DNA from: Corallochytrium limacisporum Hawaii
Taxonomy: Eukaryota; Protista; Pluriformea
Length of the DNA stretch: 48,322 nt
Direction: 5' to 3'
Assembly (NCBI GenBank): GCA_002811645.1
Contig: PDIP01000100.1
Coordinates: forward strand, 38,220-86,541
Shown here: positions 11,909 through 22,723 of the stretch, in pieces
Numbering within the stretch: position 1 is the first letter of the stretch
Layout: each line of letters begins with the position of its first letter
Made by a program: the position numbers and the translations under genes
The notes under the pieces: generated by a model
The model's database searches: none
The model's input: only the letters and a program-made list of their open reading frames with translations
Told to the model about the DNA's origin: nothing

Positions 11909-13000
11909 ATGGTCGCTGAAGATAGATTCGTAAACTCTGAGCCTGCCACCCGTCTGTCTCTGGAGGGTGTCGGTGATGTAGACAAACTGCGTAAGGCAAG
12001 CGCTTTTGAATATCTAATTGATGCGGAGGAAGACACCATTCCCTGCTTAGACCTCGAGTGGGCGTTTGCGTCCGAAGCAAACAAGCGGCAGGCGGCTAAG
12101 GAACTGCATGTCGTCATGCGGGATATCGGCTTCTTGTGCCTGAAGAACCACGGGACTGACCTTGTCCTCAAAGAGAGGATGGAATTCAATGCCCGCAAGT
12201 TTTTCCACCTTCCCGATGAGATCAAGGAGCAGTATGCCGACAAACAGTATATGCGGGGATGGATTAAGCCGTTGAGTGAGGCTGTTGGTACCGGGGAGTA
12301 CCGGGACGTCAAGGAGAGTTATGTGGCACCTACCTGGGCTGCTGACCGCCAGGATCTCTGGGTCAAAGAGCTTCCCGATTTCCAATCCACCAGCCTACGC
12401 TACATGGACAGTGCGCGGCAGACTGGCTTGAGGATGAACCGCTTAATGGCTTTGTCTCTTGGTCTGGACGAAGAGTATTTCAACCGTGAACTGTTCTGGA
12501 ACGGTATCGGCTTTGGCGATGAAGTCCTCCGCCTCAACCACTACCCTGAAAACCTGCGCTCGAACGCCGCAAAGGGCGTCTTTGGGCTCGGCGAGCACAC
12601 CGATCTCGGTTGGCTTACGCTGCTTGCCTTTGACGGCAACCATGGTCTGCAGATCCAAAGCGCAAACGGCACTTGGTTTAGCCCTAAGAACGTAACGCGG
12701 GACATGCTTATTGTCAATCAGGGTGACTTTGTCCAACGCCTCACCAACGGCGTATATCGCTCCACAAGGCATCGCGTGCATAACCCGACAGGCAAGGAGC
12801 GTATCAGTTTCGCCTTCTTCTTCACACCCAACTACACTGTGGTCGGCAAACCCATTCCACACCTTCTGAAGCCCGGAGAGAAAATGAACTACGAACCCGT
12901 AACCTTTCTCCAACATATAGACGAGACTGAGAGAATAATGGTTCGGCCAGGTGAGGGCAAGATGCCGGACTTTGAAGAACTGTCACTCGGTGAAGAGTAA
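11909..13000 (+). CDS. Fe(II)/2OG dioxygenase, copy F
   Basis: Start at MVAEDRF (ttaaacATGG); HTD/H/RxS intact. Confidence 0.94.
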   Translation: MVAEDRFVNSEPATRLSLEGVGDVDKLRKASAFEYLIDAEEDTIPCLDLEWAFASEANKRQAAKELHVVMRDIGFLCLKNHGTDLVLKERMEFNARKFFHLPDEIKEQYADKQYMRGWIKPLSEAVGTGEYRDVKESYVAPTWAADRQDLWVKELPDFQSTSLRYMDSARQTGLRMNRLMALSLGLDEEYFNRELFWNGIGFGDEVLRLNHYPENLRSNAAKGVFGLGEHTDLGWLTLLAFDGNHGLQIQSANGTWFSPKNVTRDMLIVNQGDFVQRLTNGVYRSTRHRVHNPTGKERISFAFFFTPNYTVVGKPIPHLLKPGEKMNYEPVTFLQHIDETERIMVRPGEGKMPDFEELSLGEE

Positions 13001-14355
13001 TCCTCCACATCACCATAAACCCCATATAAATCCAACATCCATTCGCCGCCATAATGCATCATCATTACAAACGTTTTAATTCGCAATCCACCTGGCTGCA
13101 TTCAATGACTTTTAGGTACTTTCAACCAGGGAAGCAGGCCCGTGCGAGAGTTCGTTTGTGGTCCCTTCTCCCTCCCTCCCCATCGCATCGCCCCCTCATC
13201 TTTCGGCAGAAGGGTGTGGGGGGGAAGAATCCAGTTCGACCAAGCGTACCACCAAGACCCAGAGGCCTCCACGGTGTTTGGTTTTTCCTTATACCCCACC
13301 ACTCCCCTTTCCTAAACACACCAACAACGACCAAAAGAACCTGTTTTCTTTTTTTCTTTCTTTTCTTTTCTTCGGGTTTTTACTCTTCGGGTTTATGGAG
13401 GGGGAGCAATGAAAATGCTTTTCGCCATTCTGAAAGGAAAAATCTGGCCGCTCCTTTCCCCTTAACCCTAACCCTTTGGCTAGTGGACGGGCGGGACCTT
13501 ATAGTTTCCCCAAAAATTCTCTGCCATTTTTGTTTTTTTTTCTATTTTTACTTTTCTTCCTTTTTTTTCCTTTTTATTTTTTCTTTGTCTCAAACGGCGG
13601 CGGGGGCTTTTTTTTTAATCAACGCGGGCCAAAAGACTACATTTCTCCTCCTCGGCCAACCTGAAAAATCTCCCCCCCCCCCCAGGGCGGCCCGCGCGAG
13701 GACCTCACTCTCTCGGTCTTCCTGCCGGGCTCTGTTACCCTTTCACGGGAAAAACTGAAGCCCTCGTCACACATCGGCGGTGGGGGGGGGGCGCCGTGGT
13801 GTTCAATTACGGACTGGGAATACAGGTCACCAATTGGTTCTCCAAGGTTCTCCTTCACACCTCATGTCTCCCTTTGCCCGTGTGTCTCAACCACGCTCAT
13901 CAACTTTTCGAGCTTGCATTTGTGCGACACCCGTGGGTGTGGATGGCTATGTACCCATAGCTGTGCCTTTGCCTGGGTGTTGCCGTCCCCGAACGCAGTA
14001 TTGTGTGCATAACCCTTTGTGCGTAAGATCTGTGCGACACTGGATGTCTCGTAGGGCTGATTGCATAGAGATGTAAGAACGTTTGTTTACCCTCCACCGA
14101 CAGGCCCCCACGAAAGCGATTGGTAAAATCCGAACGCGATTACCGAATTCGGGACATCGGCTTAATCCCCCCTTCACAAGGTCCCTGCGCTGTTCCATTG
14201 GGGAGATCCCAAAGCTTTGCAGAGGAAACAATGAAGCTCCCAAGTCTAAGTAGTACTTCAACCAGATCTTTGTGCCGATGAAATAGCCTCCTGTATCAAA
14301 CCGCTTGTCCACAACGGTTCTTACCTCGATCTTCTTTTACACTTGGTTGGACAGG

Positions 14356-17300
14356 ATGATCAGGAAGTGGGTGCCAGCGAAGCCGGAAGAGGGCAATCCC
14401 TTTGGCTGGACAGCTAGCAATGCCTCAAGATCTTCAGGATCTCCCCCTCCAGGACCCGGAGAGAGCAGTGAGGACTTGGAAGCCGCTGAATCGCAAACCA
14501 CAAACCGGATCTTGTTCCCTGATCAAACGGCACAGACAGATCAGTTAGGATCAGGTTCAACAAAAGTGAAAAAGACATGGAGAGTTGATGTCCACGGTCG
14601 CAAGCACTTGAGTTTCCTCGCTTGGGACTTTGCCCCTGCCGACACAGTGATCCACCCTTCTTTTGGATCCGTTGCGGTCCCACTGCAACGCCTTCGCGCG
14701 GAAGCACTGCACAGATCAATGCGTAGCAGCAGCTCTGGCTCCTCCGCCTTTGGTGACTCGGAAACTACTATGTCGTCCGTGGCTGCCGTTCCGTGGCTGG
14801 TCCAGCCCTTCCATCGTCTTCCACTGATTACTGCGCTTCTCTACGACGGTGGTGTCTTCAAACGGAGCGATTGGTGCTTCGCTGACGACGACGCGACACT
14901 GTTCGCTGTCTATCCACGGATGGTGGAAGACAAAGTGCGCCACGTAGTATCCGAGAGACCCGATAATGGCCGCTATAACATCGGAGATGTTGTCGCTGTC
15001 TTTCACAACGAACGCGTTCGGAGCATTGAGGGCCATGGTCAGTGCTCTACGGCAATTCAGCGCATGGTTTCTCCATGTCGGTACGCGGTTGTCATGCCCG
15101 CTCCTGCCGAACGACAGTTTGCACTTCTCCTTGCTCCGCTGATGTCGAAGAAGCAACGCAGACAGGCCGTCTCCGTGTCCCGGAAGCTGGAACGTGACAG
15201 AGAGAGGGAACGGAAAAGAAAAGAGAGGGAGCACCAACAAGCAGAGCAATTGCAGGCAATAGCGGAGTCGGTAGCGACGCCCAAACCGCCGAGCGAAGTC
15301 ATTCCCACGGCCTCATCTCCGGTGGTGGACTTGAAGCCCTCTCTGCAACCGGCTTCAGACCAGGCCACGCCACAGAAGAAGAGGCAGACCAATCGCGAAC
15401 AGCATGATCACCATGATGCTGTACACGAGTGGAACGTGAGCATGGACCTGGTTGCGGATGAGAACCTGAAGCCACGCAAAGTGTACGCTGAGGACTACAT
15501 TGCTTTCGTCAATGGAGCCATTGATCTTAAACTAGTGTATATACCCGGATCATCTTCATCTTCTTCAGTGTCCAGGACACCGACAGGGTCGTCCATGACC
15601 TCATCCGCGACGATCACAGGTGGAGAACAAGAAGATTCTGACAGTAACATAGACGACAACATCAAAATCATGCCTGATGACGATGATGAGAGAAGCCAAG
15701 GGAAATCAAACTCTTCCAAACAAAGGGAATGGCAGACAGTAGGAATGACGCCGAATCCTGGTGAAGTATGGGCCATCAAATGTCCGGATCATGGCGCCAT
15801 AAACGGTGCTGGAGGCTTTCAGTTAGTCCTTGTCATTGGCGACAGGACTGATTGTCGCTCCGATCCACTCGCGAAGGCCACCCTCGAATTGCGCAGACAA
15901 CGGGACAAATCTCTGTCTACACTATCACATCGGGACGTCGACATGGGCACAACCGACAAGCCCCCTCCAAAGCGCCGCAAAGTGTACTCTGCCGCTTCTT
16001 CAAGGACATGTAAGGTTGTGCAGTGCCTTCGCATTCAACGCTCCGCGACTGTACCGGATTTACCATTGTTTGTCTGCCGCCCGAATCCTCGGTGTGCGTG
16101 TTATGGAGTACCTGAAGCAATCTTCCATCACCGTGTGCCATTTCGACCATATGCGCTGCTATGTGGGGCGGTTGGATTGCTTGTGGATCCTTCGTGTCTG
16201 GGTTACGGCCGTCTACCGACAACATCAGCAAACCAGCCCGGTCACCAACCTAGTGAGCATGTTCACGCGCCGAAGAAGCACAAAGAGCGCTCTAGTGTAG
16301 TGGAATATGAGGGTTGTGAAGACGAAGACGATTGCTTATTGTTCGGTACGAATTCGGCCCGAACCAACACCAATGGTAGTCATCTGGGTGATAGTCGCGA
16401 CGACGGCGATGATGATCACCCAATCCTAGATTTTCCGGAACCAGACACTATCAAAGAAGATGGGATGGCTGCCTGGACCGGCTTACGACCCGAAGCCCAC
16501 AGGCTGCAGAGCTATGTCCCACTATCCGAGATTGAGGATATGGATGCCGCTTGGCACCACGCGACAACAAGCCTTGGAAGCCAGGCGATGCCGCCTGAGC
16601 TCTGTGCCCGTCTCGCGCGCCTCCAAAAGTCTACGGCAAAACGCGAGAAAGATCGCCTGGCCGCTGCCCGGAGACAGGCGGTCATTGACCGTCGGGCACG
16701 ACTCGCACAAGTACGCGAGCAGAATGTCCGCCGGCGCGAGGAGGAGCGACAGCGCCGGGCGCAGTGGCAAGAGGAACAGAAGCAGCGCCGTGCCAAGCAG
16801 CGTGAAGAGAACGCACGGCAGACCGACAAAGAGCGACGCCGGCGCTTTGAGTTTGAACGGCAAAATGAGGAAACTGAGCGCGACGCCGTGGCACAGCTCC
16901 AAGCGGCGTCTGCGGAAATTCGCGCACAACGCATGATGCAGCGTCTTCAGCGCAAAGGTCAAGTCTTCCAGAAGTCAACAAAGGCCACAGAGGCATTGGA
17001 CTGCATGGAGATTGAAGACGGGCAGATTAAGACGGAGAAAGAGTTGCCAAACGCTCAATGCCCGGAGGATAGCATGACCGGCATGGATCACATGTACGCG
17101 ACCTGTGCAACATGTCATCAGGAGTTTTGGTTCATGAACCTCGTCCGGTGCGACATATGCCGCGCTCTGCACCATTACCAATGCCTTGCGCCAGTCACGG
17201 AAACGGATGCGCTATCGGAAGAGAATAGAAATGAAGGGGTGGAGACCGCCCTCGCTGTGGATCCGAGCCTCCGCCAGCATTTGACCTGTGTTCCGTGTGT

Positions 17301-18966
17301 GCCAGACCTGCAAGGACCGGTCAATATTGAAACCGATTACATTTGCGGCGTCAGGGCGTATGGGACCGACCGTGAAGTTCATGTCCTTGTTCTGCGCAGT
17401 TTGGTGTCCGATCCGAAAACTAGCTTCGGTGACGCAGTGGCGGAGAGGAGTGCCACAAATGGATTGGACAATAGCACAGAGGCACACGGAGACCAGTTCC
17501 CGGCCTTGTTCCAGTCCTCGTCAGTGCCACTCCAACGCTGTACTCTTCGTCAGCTTTTAACGGATTTTGGAGCCGACGGTGTCGCACTGTGGGCGAGATT
17601 CTGTCTGCGTGACCCGGCCGCTTCGGAAGCGGTTGTGTTCGCTCCAGGTGGCAACAGTCTACTGTCGATGTTGCGATACCAGTCAACGAGCGCAATGCTG
17701 CACTGTTTGAGGACGGTGCTCCCGGGTGGGATCACGCGGTGCATGTATTTCATGGCCGGCAACGGCCGGCCGTTTGGCATCATTCAGTATCTGAATGTGT
17801 TCACGGAGCGAGAGCTTGCTGTTCTGGAGCAGCACGTGCATGAGCAAATCGCTCACGCAGATTTCCTTGACCATGAAAAGCGAAGATCTGCCCTTGAACA
17901 GGAAGAACCGGCAAACGGGAGTGGCCAGGGTCATACTGAGTTCAATAGAGAGGAAGGTATGCAGGACAGTGGTGTACTGGCCGAACCCGGATCAGAGACG
18001 TGTAAGGATGTGTCATCGAAGAGGACTACGTCCACTGCCGAGCTCAAGCTGGTACCTAAGTCCGAATCTGACTTTGATTCCGACACTCGACGATCATTTG
18101 CAACGGGTTTAGACGACCGCCGGATCACCGCCAAGCGCCTCAAGATCTTCTATGGCCACCGGTATGTCTACCGCGCGCGGGATCGAACCTACGAGGATCG
18201 CCTCTACGCGGATGTAGCCAGCATGCCAGAACTGCATAGCCGAACATGGTCGGAGATTGCGACGCGGTGCCAGTTGGAGCCGGACGGGCATGACCCGCAT
18301 GCGTTTCTTACCTTTCCCGAGGTGCAGAGACTTGAGCAGGAGATCACGAGGACCTCGTCTTCGGTACAGTATGGACCAGTGGCGTCGCCATCGTTGCTTA
18401 CGTCTGCTCGACCGCAATACAAGGCCATGACGAGCTCTGTGATCAACGTGTACCTCCCCGGAGGTGGCTTGGGCCTGCATACTGACTCCATGGCCCTTTT
18501 CGACACGCCTATCGTCAGTCTCAAGCTGTTCGGCGAATCTGACCTCTGTTTCGGCGGTCGTTCCGTTGGAAAAGTTCTGTCCGAGCAGAAATTCAGCATG
18601 CCTCGAAACTGCGTGACGCTCATGTACGGTTATGCGGCATTGGGAACGAGGCACTGTGTCCGTGGTAAGGCTGTGCCATTCAACGCGACGCTACTCTGGC
18701 GTCGTGCTCGCAGCGAGAGCCTGATCCAAGCCACCGGTCCAACCGCAGCGCAAACGGGCGATCGGTATTCCCGAGTGAACATTACGGGTGATTTATGTGA
18801 TGTAAGCGGCAGTACCAAGACCCACGACACGACGATGGGATCCATAGACCTGTCCAATGCGACCGACACCATGCTGATGAAAGACGACATGTCCCTACAT
18901 TCTCCCATCCATCAGCAGCAAGTCAATAGGGTAGCAACTGGAACTCCCACAACGACAGCAGAATGA
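14356..18966 (+). CDS. Multidomain protein: DUF3444-like region, coiled coil, PHD finger and C-terminal ALKBH5-like AlkB dioxygenase
   Basis: First ATG at 14356. C4HC3 finger CATC..CDIC..HYQC..CVPC (~17104-17298). AlkB domain (~17775-18705): KIFYGHRYVY, SSVINVYLPGG, HTD, PIVSLKLFGESDLCFG, GYAALGTRHCV, matching ALKBH5-type motifs. PGEVWAI / FHHRVP / LVDPSCL resemble DUF3444. Confidence 0.85.
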   Translation: MIRKWVPAKPEEGNPFGWTASNASRSSGSPPPGPGESSEDLEAAESQTTNRILFPDQTAQTDQLGSGSTKVKKTWRVDVHGRKHLSFLAWDFAPADTVIHPSFGSVAVPLQRLRAEALHRSMRSSSSGSSAFGDSETTMSSVAAVPWLVQPFHRLPLITALLYDGGVFKRSDWCFADDDATLFAVYPRMVEDKVRHVVSERPDNGRYNIGDVVAVFHNERVRSIEGHGQCSTAIQRMVSPCRYAVVMPAPAERQFALLLAPLMSKKQRRQAVSVSRKLERDRERERKRKEREHQQAEQLQAIAESVATPKPPSEVIPTASSPVVDLKPSLQPASDQATPQKKRQTNREQHDHHDAVHEWNVSMDLVADENLKPRKVYAEDYIAFVNGAIDLKLVYIPGSSSSSSVSRTPTGSSMTSSATITGGEQEDSDSNIDDNIKIMPDDDDERSQGKSNSSKQREWQTVGMTPNPGEVWAIKCPDHGAINGAGGFQLVLVIGDRTDCRSDPLAKATLELRRQRDKSLSTLSHRDVDMGTTDKPPPKRRKVYSAASSRTCKVVQCLRIQRSATVPDLPLFVCRPNPRCACYGVPEAIFHHRVPFRPYALLCGAVGLLVDPSCLGYGRLPTTSANQPGHQPSEHVHAPKKHKERSSVVEYEGCEDEDDCLLFGTNSARTNTNGSHLGDSRDDGDDDHPILDFPEPDTIKEDGMAAWTGLRPEAHRLQSYVPLSEIEDMDAAWHHATTSLGSQAMPPELCARLARLQKSTAKREKDRLAAARRQAVIDRRARLAQVREQNVRRREEERQRRAQWQEEQKQRRAKQREENARQTDKERRRRFEFERQNEETERDAVAQLQAASAEIRAQRMMQRLQRKGQVFQKSTKATEALDCMEIEDGQIKTEKELPNAQCPEDSMTGMDHMYATCATCHQEFWFMNLVRCDICRALHHYQCLAPVTETDALSEENRNEGVETALAVDPSLRQHLTCVPCVPDLQGPVNIETDYICGVRAYGTDREVHVLVLRSLVSDPKTSFGDAVAERSATNGLDNSTEAHGDQFPALFQSSSVPLQRCTLRQLLTDFGADGVALWARFCLRDPAASEAVVFAPGGNSLLSMLRYQSTSAMLHCLRTVLPGGITRCMYFMAGNGRPFGIIQYLNVFTERELAVLEQHVHEQIAHADFLDHEKRRSALEQEEPANGSGQGHTEFNREEGMQDSGVLAEPGSETCKDVSSKRTTSTAELKLVPKSESDFDSDTRRSFATGLDDRRITAKRLKIFYGHRYVYRARDRTYEDRLYADVASMPELHSRTWSEIATRCQLEPDGHDPHAFLTFPEVQRLEQEITRTSSSVQYGPVASPSLLTSARPQYKAMTSSVINVYLPGGGLGLHTDSMALFDTPIVSLKLFGESDLCFGGRSVGKVLSEQKFSMPRNCVTLMYGYAALGTRHCVRGKAVPFNATLLWRRARSESLIQATGPTAAQTGDRYSRVNITGDLCDVSGSTKTHDTTMGSIDLSNATDTMLMKDDMSLHSPIHQQQVNRVATGTPTTTAE

Positions 18967-19848
18967 TTGAGACAAAAAGAGTACAAAAAATCACGAACTA
19001 ATAGAGTAATCAAGTCTGACAAAGCAAACAGTGTCTCTGTTTGGAGTAATTTGTTGTTTGAACGAATGCTTTATGATGCAAGAAATAATGTATAGCATTT
19101 GAGCTTCCTCTTGACAGGAGACCATAGACATCTGCTGTCACGCTCTGGAATCCAGTCCAATGTTCAAAGTGTTTGGCTTCATGACCAGTCACAACCATGG
19201 CATAATTTGAAACGGACAAGGTCTCGAGATCAATCAATAGCACCATGTTAACCATGCTGTTCACAGTCCCACTTGCAACACTCTGAGCATGCTAATATCT
19301 GCTCAAACTTTAAGTTGCAGGGCCCTTGATACAGGCATGGTGAAGAAACATGTTGTTATGAAAAAGATATTCTTTAAAGCGAGTTGCTAGAAACCTTCCC
19401 TTGCCGCACCATCATAAATGGTACGTACCAGAGTGTGGAACGATGAACATAGAACAAAAGGGCCAGAACAGTCACTGCACATGGTCATTTCCTCTCCAGT
19501 CAAGACATATCAGCACAATGCCAGGAGAATGAAAATATGCTATGCTAAAAAACGATTGTGGTCAAAAATTTCCCACTACCCGGGAGCAATACTGAAACCG
19601 TACACTCCGAAAAAGAAAACCAAAAAATACCTTCGATCGGTCCCGATAGAAGATCAAAGCCCTCAGACATCTAAGGCGTTAACATGGTTCGAACATGATA
19701 CCGAGTTCTTCTCCTTTCATTCCGGATCGAAAATGTTTCCGTTTTTCTGATTCTTCTTATTGCCCGGTAGTACAAGAAATCATTGTGTTGAGTTTTGTGA
19801 TCAGCGTTAAGGTTGGAACTATCTGCACTTTTTAAAAAGACAATGCAT

Positions 19849-20103
19849 TTAGCTCAGTTTCTTGCGGAAAGAGCAACCGTTCATGAGGTGGCACTTGCCA
19901 CCGGTGGGCTGGCACAAGACCTGAGAGCAGCTACCGCACTGGACGACGCTCTGGGCGTGGCTGAACACAGTGGTGATGGCAAAGCAACCCGGGCACTTAA
20001 CGTCCATGAAGTAACTGTTGGGGGACTGAACCAAGCGCTTCAGCTTGTGGCGGCGCAGCTCGTCGTCCTTGGAGGGATGCAGGAGATCAGTAGCGAGAGG
20101 CAT
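19849..20103 (-). CDS. RPS27: 40S ribosomal protein S27 (eS27)
   Basis: [10 protein letters not shown]...[22 protein letters not shown]...C..C zinc ribbon...GCSFRKK; intronless. Confidence 0.98.
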   Translation of the reverse strand: MPLATDLLHPSKDDELRRHKLKRLVQSPNSYFMDVKCPGCFAITTVFSHAQSVVQCGSCSQVLCQPTGGKCHLMNGCSFRKKLS

Positions 20104-21138
20104 GTTTGTTAATTTAAAAGTCTGACCCGTTATATAACACTAACTTGTAAAGGATATCCTATGCTACTCAAGAGAATGAACTACCTTAAGGTCTGATCGG
20201 TTTTGTACCTCAGCATGTGAGTGTGATTGTAATTATAAGCACATGAGCTCCCTATTACGATAACACACCCATTCATCCTCCTGCGCTCTCTCCCACAATC
20301 CCATTCATTTCCACACACAGTGTTAACTAAAGCTTTCAGGACTGCGTGCAAAGTGATCCAGGCGAAACAAATGCCTGCGAGCCGCATGAAACGTTGGCAG
20401 CAGAAAGTGCTCTTGCCCTTTGACGTCCACTCCGAAGCCAAGACCGCCCGGAACTTGGAGGAACGTCGAAACTCAGAGAGAGTGAGCGATTTCAGGAGCC
20501 CAGTGCAGTACATTCAGTACTCAAAAGCGAATACACCTTCCCCGGCCCCCCTTCCCGAGGCCCCTCCCTCTTCTTTCCAAATTCTTGAAGCTCCTTCGGC
20601 ATAGTGAATGAACTGAAAATTGGGCCTTTGTTGCAAATTCCGGTACTTTAGTACTGCGATCTGAACCGAGTCCCCGAGAGCAGCTGCTCTGTCCCCACTT
20701 CAACTCCCGTCCTACCCCCATCTTTCGGGACTATTCGTGGCCATTCACGGAGAATGGTCCCATTTTCCCAGGCCATTCACTATTAAACATTAGATAAATT
20801 GCGCACGTGGGGAGGGGTAGAGCCCGTCACAATTGGTCTTGGCAGTGAAGCCAAAAATGTGACGGAGGGCAGCCCGCGGTGGGACCGACGGAGAGCCCTC
20901 AAATTTTCTCCGAAATTAGCGAAATTCAGCGGCCCCTACTTTCCGGGAGAGGGGGTGATGGAATTTTCCAAAATTTTCTTATAAAAATTGTGTGTGAAAT
21001 TGATTTATTTGTGTGTGTTTTTCAGCTTTCATATATTTAGTATTGATATTCGGTTGGGTAGGGATACAGGGAGGGGTCGTTTTCCCTAAACAAAATGGAC
21101 TCCTTTTTTTTTGGTTTTCGTCGCCGTTCCCTTTCCCC

Positions 21139-21176
21139 GTCTCCCCCACCCCAGTCTCCCCCACCCCAGTCTCCCC
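21139..21176. repeat. 15-bp tandem repeat (GTCTCCCCCACCCCA) x2.5, G-quadruplex-capable on the minus strand
   Basis: Direct inspection; at least four G4/G5 tracts on the minus strand. Confidence 0.85.
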
Positions 21177-21960
21177 TGAGGCCTCCCCCCGGCCCGTGTC
21201 CAGTGGCCTGCACAGCGAAGGAGGGGTTCGGGCCCAAAGGGCGAGGGCGCTTGGTGGTTGGTCACATGGCTTCATCGCATCCCGCGACCATTTCGAAGAC
21301 ACGGGGTTCGCTCTCGTGTGTGTCCTTCTGGGGAGAGTTCGGTAGGGAATGTACTGCAATATTTGCAGAGGTTTTGGAGCGCATTGGAGGTCCCTGTCCG
21401 GGACTGTCGGGTGGTGGTGGAACCCATCGAGCGATGAAAATAAGGATAATTACATTCTTGTGAAGTTTAATTAAATATATTCATTATTGAGAACTTAGCA
21501 AACATATTTTGGAGACATATATGTACACGAACCGTTGCGAAGGCCCTCCGAGGTACGGCACATAATACAGGCATGTGACTTGATTTTCTTCTCTCACTTT
21601 TATAGTTTCCGGATTATATAAAATTGATAAATTAGTGTAATTTTAAACCTTTTAGTAAAATACGTATATCAAATAGACATGTGCACTGAGCTCAGGGGAC
21701 CGGCAAAGTCTTTGCCAATCGGCGATGTGTGCGTGTGTGTGTGATCCGTGCCAGAGTTGGTTCAGTACCAAATGCACTGCACAAACCCGCACAAACCAAA
21801 TATGAACCGCTCAGTCGAACAGGACAGGAAAGAAAAAAAAGAAAAGTCGGTGACGAGTCAGATATTCTGGTCGGCCTTCCCTGTGTTCCCTGAAATCGCG
21901 ACCCTTTCGGAAAATCCGGCCGGTACTGCTCCGGTACCCGAGCCGGGGGGGGGGGGGGGG

Positions 21961-22165
21961 NNNNNNNNNNNNNNNNNNNNNNNNNNNNNNNNNNNNNNNN
22001 NNNNNNNNNNNNNNNNNNNNNNNNNNNNNNNNNNNNNNNNNNNNNNNNNNNNNNNNNNNNNNNNNNNNNNNNNNNNNNNNNNNNNNNNNNNNNNNNNNNN
22101 NNNNNNNNNNNNNNNNNNNNNNNNNNNNNNNNNNNNNNNNNNNNNNNNNNNNNNNNNNNNNNNNN
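21961..22165. other. Assembly gap (N run) following a poly-G tract
   Basis: Run of N. Confidence 1.
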
Positions 22166-22723
22166 GGTTTGTTGGTTTAAGTGAGTTTGTGCTACACATC
22201 CTGCCCGTGTAAACCGGTGACGTTGTCCAGAAAACTCTCGCTTCTGCGCTGGATTGGCCCGAATTGGGGAGGCGAGGGCAGAGGGGGGGGGGGGGAGATT
22301 CCTGGCTCCCTCCTCCCCCGGGGCTCCTCCTTCTGAGCTCTCCGAAATATAACTGAACCCCTTATATCCCTCACGGGTCTTCGTTAATCTGTGAGCAAAA
22401 AGACGGCTTTGGGAGTCGGTACTAGGAACGGCAGTTCCGAGGTTAGCAATGGGCGGTAGTGGACACTGTCAAGGTCATGATGCTCTCAATCCTCCAAGGA
22501 GGCTTCACAAAGTTACTGCGTACCCAGATAAAGAGCATGTCATGAGCAAGCGCGTTGGGAGTGGGATACACGAAACGCCTCAAGTGGACACGGGCGACGA
22601 TCGGAGTGAATCTGGTGAAAAGGAAGCCCACACAGCCGTCACCCATCCCTCCTCGTACACACTGCTTCTTGGGCCGGTCGGCCCCTCCTCCTTCTCCGGG
22701 GCCCTTTTCCCCCTTCTCCCTAA

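Noticed and set aside
13460-13476. TAACCCTAACCCT telomere/telobox-like motif (also ~37037)
   Set aside because: Only about two units within run-rich sequence.
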